Part shown: one piece after another, positions 1 to 12,310 of the stretch
Position numbering within the stretch: the first letter of the stretch is position 1
Layout of the letters: each line of letters starts with the position of its first letter
Assembly: GCF_001457595.1 (NCBI RefSeq)
Contig: NZ_LN831039.1
Coordinates: forward strand, 6,570,001-6,602,000
DNA: 32,000 nucleotides
Reading direction: 5' to 3'
Source of the DNA: Mycolicibacterium smegmatis
GTDB lineage: Bacteria; Actinomycetota; Actinomycetes; Mycobacteriales; Mycobacteriaceae
Program-made: the position numbers and the translations under genes
Notes under the pieces: generated by a model
What the model saw: only the letters and a program-made list of their open reading frames with translations
Told to the model about the DNA's origin: nothing
Databases searched by the model: none

Positions 1-98
1 CCACCCGCGTGCTGACGCGTCTGACGGCCGGGGTCGCGCCCGAGAGCACGACGGCGGCGGTCGACCAATTGCGTTCTGCCGGAGTGACGATCAGCTGA
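1..98 (+). CDS. pncA: C-terminal fragment of nicotinamidase/pyrazinamidase-like protein (5' end outside window)
   Basis: Frame 3 reads TRVLTRLTAGVAPESTTAAVDQLRSAGVTIS* and stops at 96-98. This resembles the mycobacterial PncA C-terminus (TRVLVDLTAGVSADTTVAALEEMR...). Confidence 0.7.
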   Translation, partial: TRVLTRLTAGVAPESTTAAVDQLRSAGVTIS

Positions 99-267
99 CC
101 CGCGGGTGATGATTGCAACACCAGCAATAGGTTTAACCTGCGGAAATCGTTGATCCGCCAGCTCACCGGCGGCCGATGCGTACCGTGGCGCGCCCACCCG
201 GGTCCGGCGGACGACGACCCGTCGTCATTGTCCGACGCACTCACGCCGATCACCGTAAGGTCGAATC

Positions 268-2412
268 GTGGACCCAAGAGTTACCGAAACCGGTTTGGAG
301 ATCTGGCGAGGCAAGGCATACCCGTTGGGCGCCACCTACGACGGCTCGGGCACCAACTTCGCGTTGTTCAGCGAGGTCGCCGAGCGCGTCGAGTTGTGCC
401 TGTTCGACGACGACGGCGACGGCGGCCTGCGCGAAACCCGCATCACGCTGCCCGAGGTCGACGGCTTCGTGTGGCACGGCTTCATCCCCAACATCGAACC
501 GGGCCAGCGCTACGGCTACCGCGTACACGGGCCGTACGATCCGGCCGCGGGCCACCGGTGCAATCCCAACAAGCTGGTACTGGACCCGTACGCCAAGGCC
601 ATCGACGGTCAGTTCGACTGGGGTCAGCCGCTGTTCTCGTACAACTTCGGCGACCCGGACAGCTGCAACGACGACGATTCGGCGCCCAACATGCCGAAGT
701 CCGTGGTGATCAACCCGTACTTCGACTGGGGCGTGGACCGTCCGCCGAGCCACGACTACGCCGACACCGTGATCTACGAGGCCCACGTCAAGGGCCTGAC
801 CCAGACGCATCCCGACATCCCGGACAACATCCGTGGCACGTACGCCGCGGTCGCGCACCCGGCCATCGTCGAACATCTGCAGAACCTGGGGATCAACGCG
901 ATCGAGTTGATGCCGGTGCACCACTTCGCCAACGATTCGACGCTCATCGACAAGGGTCTGTCGAACTACTGGGGCTACAACACGATCGGATTCCTCGCGC
1001 CGGATTCGAAGTACAGCTCGAGCCCCAACCCGGGCGGGCAGGTGCAGGAATTCAAGGCGATGGTCCGCACGCTGCACGAGGCAGGCATCGAGGTGATCCT
1101 CGACGTGGTCTACAACCACACCGCCGAAGGCAACCACATGGGCCCGACGCTGTCCTTCCGCGGCATCGACAACGCGGCGTACTACCGCCTCGTCGACGAC
1201 GACAAGCGGTACTACATGGACTACACCGGCACGGGCAACAGCCTCAACGTCGGTCATCCGCACGCGTTGCAGCTGATCATGGATTCGTTGCGCTACTGGG
1301 TGATCGAGATGCACGTCGACGGTTTCCGCTTCGACCTGGCCTCGACGCTGGCCCGTGAGTTCTACGACGTCGACCGCCTGGCGACGTTCTTCGAACTGGT
1401 GCAACAGGATCCGGTGGTCAGCCAGGTCAAGCTGATCGCCGAGCCGTGGGACGTCGGCCCGGGCGGATACCAGGTGGGCAACTTCCCGCCGCTGTGGACC
1501 GAGTGGAACGGCAAGTACCGCGACACCGTGCGCGACTACTGGCGCGGCGAGCCGGCAACGCTCGACGAGTTCGCCTCCCGGATCACCGGTTCGGCCGATC
1601 TGTACGAGCAGACCGGCAGGCGCCCGTTCGCGTCGATCAACTTCGTCATCGCCCACGACGGCTTCACGCTGCGGGACCTGGTGTCCTACAACGAGAAACA
1701 CAACGAGGCCAACGGCGAGGACAACAACGACGGCGAGAGCCACAACCGGTCGTGGAACTGCGGAGCCGAGGGTCCGACCGATGATCCGGAGGTCAACGCC
1801 CTGCGGTCGCGTCAGCAACGCAACTTCATCACGACTCTTCTGCTCTCCCAAGGTGTTCCGATGCTCGCCCACGGCGACGAACTCGGCCGTACGCAGCAGG
1901 GCAACAACAACGTCTACTGCCAGGACAGTGAGCTGTCCTGGATCGACTGGGAGAGCGCGGACACCGAACTGCTGGAGTTCACGCAGAAGGTGTCGGCACT
2001 GCGGTCCGCGCACCCGGTGTTCCGGCGCAGGCGCTTCTTCAACGGCAGACCTGTGCGGCGTCCCGGTGAGCCGCGCCTGCCCGACATCGGCTGGTATGCG
2101 CCAGACGGGTCGGAGATGACCGACGAGGACTGGGACGCCGGCTACGCCAAGTCGATGGCGGTGTATCTCAACGGCCAGGGCATCCCCGACCGTGACGAGC
2201 GCGGGCAGCGCATCGTCGACGACTCGTTCTACATGTGTTTCAACGCACACTACGAGCCCATCGAGTTCGTGCTACCGCCGTCCGATTTCGCCGAGCAGTG
2301 GGTCGAGGTGATCAACACCGCAGCCGACTGCAGCACCGACCCGATCGAGGCGGGCACGCGGGTCACGGTCGAGTCACGCGCCATGCTCGTATTGCAGGCG
2401 CACCATGATTGA
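268..2412 (+). CDS. glgX: Glycogen debranching enzyme GlgX (isoamylase-type GH13)
   Basis: 714-aa ORF: GLEIWRGKAYPLGATYDGSGTNFALFSEVAERVELCLFD..., VILDVVYNHTAEG, VDGFRFDLA, FINFVIAHDGFTLRDLVSYNEKHNEANGE-type GH13/GlgX motifs. The exact start (GTG at 268) is approximate. Confidence 0.95.
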   Translation: MDPRVTETGLEIWRGKAYPLGATYDGSGTNFALFSEVAERVELCLFDDDGDGGLRETRITLPEVDGFVWHGFIPNIEPGQRYGYRVHGPYDPAAGHRCNPNKLVLDPYAKAIDGQFDWGQPLFSYNFGDPDSCNDDDSAPNMPKSVVINPYFDWGVDRPPSHDYADTVIYEAHVKGLTQTHPDIPDNIRGTYAAVAHPAIVEHLQNLGINAIELMPVHHFANDSTLIDKGLSNYWGYNTIGFLAPDSKYSSSPNPGGQVQEFKAMVRTLHEAGIEVILDVVYNHTAEGNHMGPTLSFRGIDNAAYYRLVDDDKRYYMDYTGTGNSLNVGHPHALQLIMDSLRYWVIEMHVDGFRFDLASTLAREFYDVDRLATFFELVQQDPVVSQVKLIAEPWDVGPGGYQVGNFPPLWTEWNGKYRDTVRDYWRGEPATLDEFASRITGSADLYEQTGRRPFASINFVIAHDGFTLRDLVSYNEKHNEANGEDNNDGESHNRSWNCGAEGPTDDPEVNALRSRQQRNFITTLLLSQGVPMLAHGDELGRTQQGNNNVYCQDSELSWIDWESADTELLEFTQKVSALRSAHPVFRRRRFFNGRPVRRPGEPRLPDIGWYAPDGSEMTDEDWDAGYAKSMAVYLNGQGIPDRDERGQRIVDDSFYMCFNAHYEPIEFVLPPSDFAEQWVEVINTAADCSTDPIEAGTRVTVESRAMLVLQAHHD

Positions 2413-2429
2413 CGTGCGCGTAAGTTGCT

Positions 2430-2454
2430 CGCGGCCCCGTTGTCGCGGGCCGTA
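2430..2454 (+). terminator. Possible terminator hairpin downstream of glgX
   Basis: CGGCCC (2432-2437) pairs with GGGCCG (2447-2452) around a 9-nt loop, about 20 nt after the glgX stop. There is no U tract. Confidence 0.35.
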
Positions 2455-2469
2455 CCAGTAAGTATGGTA
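2453..2469. promoter_or_regulatory. Inverted repeat TACCA-N7-TGGTA
   Basis: TACCAGTAAGTATGGTA lies in the glgX-marR intergenic region. Confidence 0.3.
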
Positions 2470-2480
2470 ATTTTTCAGGT

Positions 2481-2592
2481 AGCAGCCGTGGCCGCCCTAG
2501 TAGGCGCTGAGCCACAGCTTGGTGCCACCGGCCGGGCGGGCCGGGGGTAGAAGCCGGAGAGCGGCGGCAACTACCCTGCGGCCACGGCTGCT
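2481..2592. repeat. Long-range inverted repeat, exact 15-bp arms
   Basis: AGCAGCCGTGGCCGC (2481-2495) and its exact reverse complement GCGGCCACGGCTGCT (2578-2592). Confidence 0.6.
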
Positions 2593-2650
2593 GCCTGATT
2601 CATCGTTTGCCAAGTCAGCACCAAGATCATTTGCGGAAAACCTCTCGTCA

Positions 2651-2673
2651 AATACCTCTGTGACAGAGGTATT
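2651..2673. promoter_or_regulatory. Perfect 10-bp palindrome (operator or hairpin) just upstream of the marR-family gene
   Basis: AATACCTCTG-TGA-CAGAGGTATT, followed by GTTTTTC. It ends 9 nt before the GTG start at 2683. Confidence 0.65.
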
Positions 2674-2682
2674 GTTTTTCGT

Positions 2683-3150
2683 GTGACCGAAACGCAGCGC
2701 CCACTCGACACCGAGGTGATCGGCGACCTGGCAGGTGTCATCGGCCGGTTCCGCAGACAGCTGCGGCGCGCCACGGGAGGCGGGTTCGACGCCGCGGGGC
2801 TCACCCAGTCCCAAGGCGAACTGCTGCGCCTCGTCGGCCGCAAACCCGGCATCTCGGTGCGTGAATCCGCCGACGAGCTGAGCCTGGTCCCCAACACCGC
2901 ATCGACACTGGTGTCACGCCTGGTCGCCGACGGTCTGCTGGTCAAGACCGCCGACGAGTCGGATCGACGGGTCGGCAGGCTCTGGCTCACGCCACGGGCC
3001 CAGCGCATCGCCGACGAATCACGCGCTGCGCGCCGCGCCGCGCTCTCCGACGTCCTCGCCAAGCTCGACGACGACCAGATCGAGCACCTGGCAAAAGGTT
3101 TGGACGTCCTGGCCGAGCTGACGCGGCTGCTGCAGGAAAGGGACTCATGA
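2683..3150 (+). CDS. MarR family transcriptional regulator
   Basis: 155-aa ORF with wHTH features: LRLVGRKPGISVRESADELSLVPNTASTLVSRLVADGLLVKTADESDRRVGRLWLTPRAQ. Confidence 0.9.
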   Translation: MTETQRPLDTEVIGDLAGVIGRFRRQLRRATGGGFDAAGLTQSQGELLRLVGRKPGISVRESADELSLVPNTASTLVSRLVADGLLVKTADESDRRVGRLWLTPRAQRIADESRAARRAALSDVLAKLDDDQIEHLAKGLDVLAELTRLLQERDS

Positions 3151-4016
3151 CCGACCACATGCCCGAACCGACGCTTCCCGATCGAACGCCGGCCATCGAC
3201 TGTGACGGGCTGACCCACCGCTATGGGCAGTTCACCGCGGTCGAGGACCTGACGCTGCAGGTGCGCGCAGGCGAGACCCTGGGCCTGCTCGGCCCCAACG
3301 GCGCGGGCAAGACCACCGCGGTACGGGTCCTGACGACGCTGACCCCGGTGCAGCAGGGCCGGGTGCGGATTTTCGGGCTCGATACGCGTACGCACACCAT
3401 GGACATCCGGCACAACATCGGCTATGTCCCGCAGCAGCTCTCGATCGAGGCGGCGCTGACCGGCAGGCAGAACGTCGAGTTGTTCGCGCGGCTGTACGAC
3501 GTGCCGCGGTCCGAGCGCGCAGACCGGGTGGCCGCCGCGCTCGAGGCCATGCAGTTGCTCGACGTCGCCGACACCGTCGCGGGCACGTATTCGGGCGGCA
3601 TGGTGCGCCGCCTCGAGTTGGCGCAGGCCCTGGTGAACCGGCCTCTGCTGCTGATCCTCGACGAGCCGACCGTCGGCCTGGATCCCATCGCGCGCGACAG
3701 CGTGTGGACCCAGGTGCGCGCCATGCAGGCCGAGTTCGGCATGACGGTCCTGCTCACCACGCACTACATGGGCGAGGCCGATGCGTTGTGCGACCGCGTC
3801 GCGCTCATGCACCACGGCCGGTTGCAGGCCGTCGGCTCGCCCGACGAGCTCAAGCGGGCCGTATCGAGCCAGGCATCGGACGACGCCGGGGAGACCACGC
3901 TCGAAGACGTGTTCCGCCACTACGCGGGCTCGGATCTCGAGGGCGGCGCCGATCCGCGCCGCTCCGGTCTGGGTGAGGTCCGCTCGACCAGGAGGACGGC
4001 GCGCCGTGTCAGTTGA
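3147..4016 (+). CDS. ABC transporter ATP-binding protein, DrrA/daunorubicin-resistance type
   Basis: Walker A GPNGAGKTT, signature YSGGMVRRLELAQAL, Walker B LLILDEPTVGLDP. Overlaps the marR stop (ATGA). Confidence 0.92.
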   Translation: MTDHMPEPTLPDRTPAIDCDGLTHRYGQFTAVEDLTLQVRAGETLGLLGPNGAGKTTAVRVLTTLTPVQQGRVRIFGLDTRTHTMDIRHNIGYVPQQLSIEAALTGRQNVELFARLYDVPRSERADRVAAALEAMQLLDVADTVAGTYSGGMVRRLELAQALVNRPLLLILDEPTVGLDPIARDSVWTQVRAMQAEFGMTVLLTTHYMGEADALCDRVALMHHGRLQAVGSPDELKRAVSSQASDDAGETTLEDVFRHYAGSDLEGGADPRRSGLGEVRSTRRTARRVS

Positions 4017-4809
4017 GTTGGTACGCGCGCCGCGCGGGCTGCGCCGCGTGCGCGCGGTGGCGATGCGGATGGGTGCGTTCGCGCTCGTCGAACTCCAGAA
4101 GCTGCGTCATGACCGCACCGAGTTGTTCACCCGGATGGTCCAGCCCGCGCTGTGGCTGCTGATCTTCGGGCAGACCTTCAGCCGTCTGCACGTCGTCGAC
4201 ACCGGCGGCGTGCCGTACCTGGCGTTCCTGGCGCCCGGCATCATCGCGCAGTCGGCGCTGTTCATCTCGATCTTCTACGGCATCCAGATCATCTGGGACC
4301 GCGACGCGGGCATCCTCGCCAAGCTCATGGTCACGCCCGCGCCCGCCTCGGCGCTGGTCGCAGGCAAGGCCTTCGCGGCGGGCGTGCGCTCGGTGGTGCA
4401 GGTGATCGGCGTGGTGGCGCTGGCGTACCTGATGGGTATCGCCCTGACGCTCAACCCCCTGCGCATCCTGGCCGCCATGGGTGTGGTGGTGCTCGGCGCG
4501 GCGTTCTTCGCGTGCCTGTCCATGACGCTGGCCGGGCTGGTGCGCAAGCGTGACCGGCTCATGGGCATCGGGCAGGCCATCACGATGCCGCTGTTCTTCG
4601 CGTCGAACGCGCTGTACCCGGTGGACATCATGCCGACCTGGCTGCGCTGGCTGTCGGCGGTCAACCCGCTGAGCTACGAGGTCAACGCGCTGCGCGGGCT
4701 GTTGATCGGAACGCCCACCAATTGGGTACTCGACATCACCGTGCTGGTCGCCGCCGCGGTACTCGGTGTGGTGGCCGCGTCGGCACTGCTGCGCCGCCTG
4801 GTCCGATAA
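4006..4809 (+). CDS. ABC-2 type transporter permease (DrrB-like)
   Basis: Likely GTG start at 4006 (MSVELVRAPRG...), overlapping the ATPase 3' end by 11 nt. Multiple hydrophobic helices; ends ...ALLRRLVR. Confidence 0.88.
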   Translation: MSVELVRAPRGLRRVRAVAMRMGAFALVELQKLRHDRTELFTRMVQPALWLLIFGQTFSRLHVVDTGGVPYLAFLAPGIIAQSALFISIFYGIQIIWDRDAGILAKLMVTPAPASALVAGKAFAAGVRSVVQVIGVVALAYLMGIALTLNPLRILAAMGVVVLGAAFFACLSMTLAGLVRKRDRLMGIGQAITMPLFFASNALYPVDIMPTWLRWLSAVNPLSYEVNALRGLLIGTPTNWVLDITVLVAAAVLGVVAASALLRRLVR

Positions 4810-4812
4810 CCG

Positions 4813-4831
4813 ACCAACCAACTGGGTGGTT
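4813..4831. promoter_or_regulatory. Palindromic site upstream of acyl-CoA dehydrogenase genes
   Basis: ACCAACCAACTGGGTGGTT contains AACCA-N6-TGGTT in the short gap between the ABC permease and the fadE-like gene. Confidence 0.35.
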
Positions 4832-4867
4832 TAGTGTGGCAACAGATCACCGAGTAGGGAGGCAGTC

Positions 4868-6025
<1,158 letters not shown>

Positions 6026-6033
6026 GTTGAGCC

Positions 6034-7143
6034 ATGGACTTTCAGTTAACCGAAGAGCAGACCCTGCTGGCCGACACCACGCGTGACCTGCTGTCGAGCT
6101 ATGACACCGAGACCCGCAACAAGGTGATCGCCTCCGACCCCGGTCACAAGCCCGAGGTGTGGAATCAGCTCGCCGAGATCGGCATCCTGGGACTGGGATT
6201 CGACGAGGATTCCGGTGGCCAGCTCGAGATCATGGTGGTGCTCAACGAGATCGGCCGCCGCCTTGCGCCCGAGCCGGTTCTGCACGGCGCGCTCGCCCCG
6301 GGCGCGATCATCGCCGAGCGTGGCACCGACGCGCAGCGCGCGCTGCTCGACGAGGTCGCAAGCGGGCAGCGGATCCTCGCGTTCGCCCATCTCGAGCCGG
6401 GTGTGCGCGACGCCGCGGCCACCCCGACCGTGACGGCCACGCGAGACGGTGATGCCTGGACGCTCAACGGGACCAAGAACCCGGTGCTGGCCGGCGACGC
6501 CGCCAACACCCTCGTGGTCAGCGCCGCGCTGCCTGACGGCGGCGCCGGGCTGTTCCTGGTCGACGCCGGCGCATCGGGCGTGTCACGCAAGCCGTTCCGC
6601 ACGTTCGACGGTGCGCGCGGCGCGCAGATCGAGTTGAGCGCCGCACCGGCCGAACCGCTCGGTGACGCCACCGACGCTTCGGAGACCATCTCCCGTGCAC
6701 TGGTGCGTATCTCGGCCGGGCTGGCCGCAGAGGCGCTGGGCGCCATGGAGGAGGCTCTGCGGCTGACGACGGACTACCTCAAGTCCCGCAAGCAGTTCGG
6801 CGTCACGCTCAGCAAGTTCCAGACACTCACGCAGCGCGCCGCCGACATGTACGTGTCGCTCGAGCTCGCGCGCAGCATGGCGTTCTACGCGTCGATGTCC
6901 ATCGCCGACGGCGAGTTCGACCCGGTGAAGGCCGCACGGGCCAAGCTGCAGATCGGCCGGTCCGGCAGGCACATCGCGCAGGAGTCGATCCAGCTGCACG
7001 GCGGTATCGGCATCACCGCGGAGTACCCGGTCGGCCACTACGCAGCGCGGCTCACCGCGATCGAGCACACGCTGGGCTCGGCGCAGGATCAGCTGCGCAC
7101 GCTGGCCGGTCAGCTCGACAGCTACGAGATCGTTTCGCTGTAG
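6034..7143 (+). CDS. Acyl-CoA dehydrogenase family protein (second subunit-like)
   Basis: 369-aa ORF: MDFQLTEEQTLLADTTRDLL..., YLKSRKQFGVTLSKFQTLTQRAADMYV, ESIQLHGGIGITAEYPVGHYAARL. Begins 9 nt after the upstream gene. Confidence 0.93.
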   Translation: MDFQLTEEQTLLADTTRDLLSSYDTETRNKVIASDPGHKPEVWNQLAEIGILGLGFDEDSGGQLEIMVVLNEIGRRLAPEPVLHGALAPGAIIAERGTDAQRALLDEVASGQRILAFAHLEPGVRDAAATPTVTATRDGDAWTLNGTKNPVLAGDAANTLVVSAALPDGGAGLFLVDAGASGVSRKPFRTFDGARGAQIELSAAPAEPLGDATDASETISRALVRISAGLAAEALGAMEEALRLTTDYLKSRKQFGVTLSKFQTLTQRAADMYVSLELARSMAFYASMSIADGEFDPVKAARAKLQIGRSGRHIAQESIQLHGGIGITAEYPVGHYAARLTAIEHTLGSAQDQLRTLAGQLDSYEIVSL

Positions 7144-7163
7144 TCCTCCCGCGGCAAGGGGAA

Positions 7164-9164
7164 TCAGGCCCTGACGCCGATCCACCGCTCGCGGTGTTGC
7201 GGTGGCCGCGGTGCGTGCACCGTGCGGCGGACCGCCAGACGTTCGGTCTCCGGCTCACCCTGCACCGCGGGCGTGCCCGCACCGGGGCGTGGGGTGCCGC
7301 CCAGCCTCTCCAGGTAGCCGATCAGCGCTGCGACGTCCCCGTCCTCCCAGTCGGCGACGGCCCGCCCGAGACCCTGCACGTGTTGCGCGCGCTGCTGTTC
7401 CAGGCGTTCGTGGCCGTAGCGGGTGAGCGAAAAGACCGGTGCCAGGCCCGCTCTGGCGTCGGCACGCACCAGCGCGTCACGCACCAGCCGGGTCAGCTGC
7501 CTGCCGGTCTCGGCGCGGTCCGCGCCGACCGCGAGATCGTCCAGCGATGCCCGTCCGGCGGCGTCGATCCGGCTCATGACGAGATACGCGGGCCGGTCCA
7601 GCCAGCGTCTTCCCCCGACCCTGTGCATCGAGGTCAACGCGGCTTCGAGGTCACGTACCTGCTGCTGTGACGGGGCGGTCGCCGGAGACGGGGCAGACAC
7701 GGCCAACGACACTGTGGCGGGCTCGTTCTCGTCACACGCCGTTGCGCGTACTGAGCCGACTCGCGGGATCGCCAGGGCGATGAGCGCGGCACCCGCCGCC
7801 GCGCCCGCGGCGATGAACAACGCGGTGCGGAAGCCGTCGAGGGACGGCAGCACGTGACCCGCGAGGGTCACGGTCATCTGCGCGAGAACCGCGCTCATGA
7901 CCGCACTCGACGTCGAGGTGCCCAGTGACCGCGCGAGCGTGTTGATCCCGTTGGCGGCCGCGGTTTCCGACACCGGCACCGCGGCGTTGATCAGGGCGGG
8001 CATGGCCGCGAACGCGAATCCGACGCCGCTGCTGACGACGAGACTGAACACCAGCACACCCACCGGGCTGCCCAGCAGTTGTGTGCCCAGCAGATAACCC
8101 GTCGCGATCACCGCGCTGCCGACGATGAGCGCGAACTTGGGTCCGCGTGCGGCGACCACGCGCGCAGCCAGCGGTGCGGCCACCATCATGGCCAGGCCAC
8201 CGGGCGCCATCCACAAGCCCGCGGCAATCATGCTCTGCCCCAGGCCGTATCCGGTCTCCGACGGCATCTGCAGCAGCTGCGGCCCGACCAGGCTCATCGC
8301 GAACATGCCGAAGCCCACGGCGATCGAGGCCAGGTTGGTCAGCAGCACCGGGCGCCGCAGCGTGGTCCGCACATCGACGATCGGCGACGGCGCGCGGTAC
8401 TGCCACCAGCCGAACACCGCGAACGTGACGACGGCGCCGGCGAACAGGCCGAGCGTCGTCGTGCTGCCCCAACCCCACGTGGCGCCCTTGGAGATCGGGA
8501 GCAACAGCATCACGAGCCCGGCCGCCAGGGTGAGCGCGCCGAACGGATCGAACCGCCCGCCGGACACCGGCGGGATGTCGGGGACCAGGAACACGAACAG
8601 CAGTACCGAGGCCAGGCCGAGCGCGGCCGCACACCAGAACAGCGCGTGCCAGTCGAAGTGCTGGGCGATCACGGCCGACAACGGCAACCCGAGGGCGCCG
8701 CCCACGCCCAGCGATGCGCTCATCAGTCCCATGGCGGCACCGACGCGTTCGGCGGGCAGGGACGCGCGCAGCACGCTGATTCCGAGTGGGATGACCGGCG
8801 CGCCGAAACCCTGCAGGGCCCGGCCGATGATCAGCGGGATCAGTGACGTCGTGGTCGCGGCGACGACGGATCCGGCGACCAGCAGTGCGGCACACACGAT
8901 CAGGATCCGTTTGGGGCCGTACATGTCCCCGAGCCTGCCCAGCACCGGTGTCGCCACCGCTCCGGTGAGCAGTGTCGCGGTGATGGCCCATGATGCGTTG
9001 GCGGGGCTGGTCGACAACAGCGTGGGAAGCTGCGGGATGAGCGGGATCACCAGCGTCTGCATGAGCGAGACGCTGATACCCGCGCCGGCCAGCGCGGCGA
9101 CCAGGAACCCGGCTTTCGCAGGGCGCCCAACGCCGACGGCTTTACGATTAGGCATACTAATCAA
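7164..9164 (-). CDS. DHA2-like MFS transporter with C-terminal MarR-like winged-helix domain
   Basis: 666-aa ORF. About 480 aa of MFS core (LGRLGDMYGPKRILIV..., GALGLPLSAVIAQHFDWHALFW) is followed, in the same frame, by LEAALTSMHRVGGRRWLDRPAYLVMSRIDAAGRASLDDLAVGADRAETGRQLTRLVRDALVRADARAGLAPVFSLTRYGHERLEQQRAQHVQGLGRAVADWEDGDVAALIGYLERL, a MarR-like pattern. Confidence 0.88.
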   Translation of the reverse strand: MISMPNRKAVGVGRPAKAGFLVAALAGAGISVSLMQTLVIPLIPQLPTLLSTSPANASWAITATLLTGAVATPVLGRLGDMYGPKRILIVCAALLVAGSVVAATTTSLIPLIIGRALQGFGAPVIPLGISVLRASLPAERVGAAMGLMSASLGVGGALGLPLSAVIAQHFDWHALFWCAAALGLASVLLFVFLVPDIPPVSGGRFDPFGALTLAAGLVMLLLPISKGATWGWGSTTTLGLFAGAVVTFAVFGWWQYRAPSPIVDVRTTLRRPVLLTNLASIAVGFGMFAMSLVGPQLLQMPSETGYGLGQSMIAAGLWMAPGGLAMMVAAPLAARVVAARGPKFALIVGSAVIATGYLLGTQLLGSPVGVLVFSLVVSSGVGFAFAAMPALINAAVPVSETAAANGINTLARSLGTSTSSAVMSAVLAQMTVTLAGHVLPSLDGFRTALFIAAGAAAGAALIALAIPRVGSVRATACDENEPATVSLAVSAPSPATAPSQQQVRDLEAALTSMHRVGGRRWLDRPAYLVMSRIDAAGRASLDDLAVGADRAETGRQLTRLVRDALVRADARAGLAPVFSLTRYGHERLEQQRAQHVQGLGRAVADWEDGDVAALIGYLERLGGTPRPGAGTPAVQGEPETERLAVRRTVHAPRPPQHRERWIGVRA

Positions 9165-9206
9165 AGTAAATGAATAGCGTGCCTATGTAAAATTTGGTGG
9201 CGGTTC

Positions 9207-10528
9207 TCACTCCAGAAGACGTGCGATGGAGCCCAGAGGGATGGGCAGCCAGCTCGGGCGGTGCCGCGCCTCGTACGCGGCCTCGTAGACCGCCTTGTCC
9301 AGTTCGTAGGCCGCCAGCAGGTCGGCGCTGTCACGCGGATCGGTCCCGGCCTCGGCGGCGTACCCGTCGCAGAACGACGCACAGTTGCGCGTCACCCATT
9401 CCCGGGCCCGTGCCGCGAGCTGACGGGCGCGGTCGTCGTCGTCACCGGCCTGATCCACCAATCGCTGGTGCGCCGCGTACTCGAACGACCTCAGGATGCC
9501 CGCGACGTCACGCACCGGGGTGTCCGGGCGGCGACGCTCGTCGAGCGGCTGGCCCGGTTCACCCTCGAAGTCGATCAGCAACCAGCCTTTGGGTGTGCGC
9601 AGCACCTGCCCGAGATGCAGGTCGCCGTGCACGCGCTGCACGGTCATCGTCGTGTCCGCGAGCTTGTGATAGCGCTCCTCGATCTGCGGAACATGTTCGC
9701 GCAGTTCGGGAACCGCGTCGACGGCGGCGGCGAGGCGCTGCGCCATGACGTCGGCGGGGAACGGCACCTCCTCGGTACCGAGTTCGTGTGCCAGGCAGGC
9801 GTGCACCGATGCGACGGCCTCACCGAGCCGGTAGGCCTCGCCGGCGAAGTCCCCGCCCACCTCCTCGGCGTACAGGTCACCCTCGGCGAACAGGTCGCGC
9901 GTGCTGGTGGTCGCCATGTCCCAGCCCTCGGCGGAGTTCGCGGCGAACTCGGTGACCATGCCCAACGCGTAAGGCTCGCCCTCCCATTCGGTTTCGAACG
10001 AGCCGAGGAGCCTGGCGACGTGCGGGTTGCCTGCCCGGGCCAGGACCCGGTTGAGTTCGATGTCGGGGTGCACACCGGGCGTGATGCGCCGGAAGAGCTT
10101 GAAGATGGCGTCCTCGCCGAAGACCACGCTGGTGTTGCTCTGTTCGGCACCGAAGACCCGCGGCGGCGCGTCGAGCGGCAGTTCGACGTCGGGTTCGCGG
10201 ACGAACCGCACGTTCTGCACGGTCGCCGATTCGTCGATCAGCGACAACAGGTATCGCGTGGCGTCGGGGTCGTAGAGCGCGTCGTACGCGGTCTGCCCGT
10301 CGGCGATGCCGATCGTGGCGACCACGCTGTACTCGTCGATCGGTCCGCTTCCGGTCGCGACGATCACCTGGTAACGCTCATCGGGACCGCCGGCGTAATT
10401 CGCCTGCAGCAGCACCAGTTCCAGCCCGTCGCGCAGCGGCACCGCCATTGCGGTTGTGGCCGAGACCAATTCACGGTTACGTCCGGCGTACCAGCGCTGC
10501 TGGGTCAGCCAGTCCTCGAATTCGACAC

Positions 10529-10532
<4 letters not shown>
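9207..10532 (-). CDS. mak: Maltokinase (trehalose/glycogen pathway)
   Basis: [29 protein letters not shown]..., [57 protein letters not shown]. Start at 10532 overlaps the treS stop. Confidence 0.95.

Positions 10533-12310
<1,778 letters not shown>

Noticed and set aside
150-1358. 402-aa plus-strand ORF overlapping glgX
   Set aside because: Arg/Pro-rich shadow ORF in another frame of a convincing GlgX gene; a high-GC artefact.
250-2250. 666-aa minus-strand ORF antisense to glgX
   Set aside because: No recognisable motifs; translation of the antisense of a GC3-rich gene.
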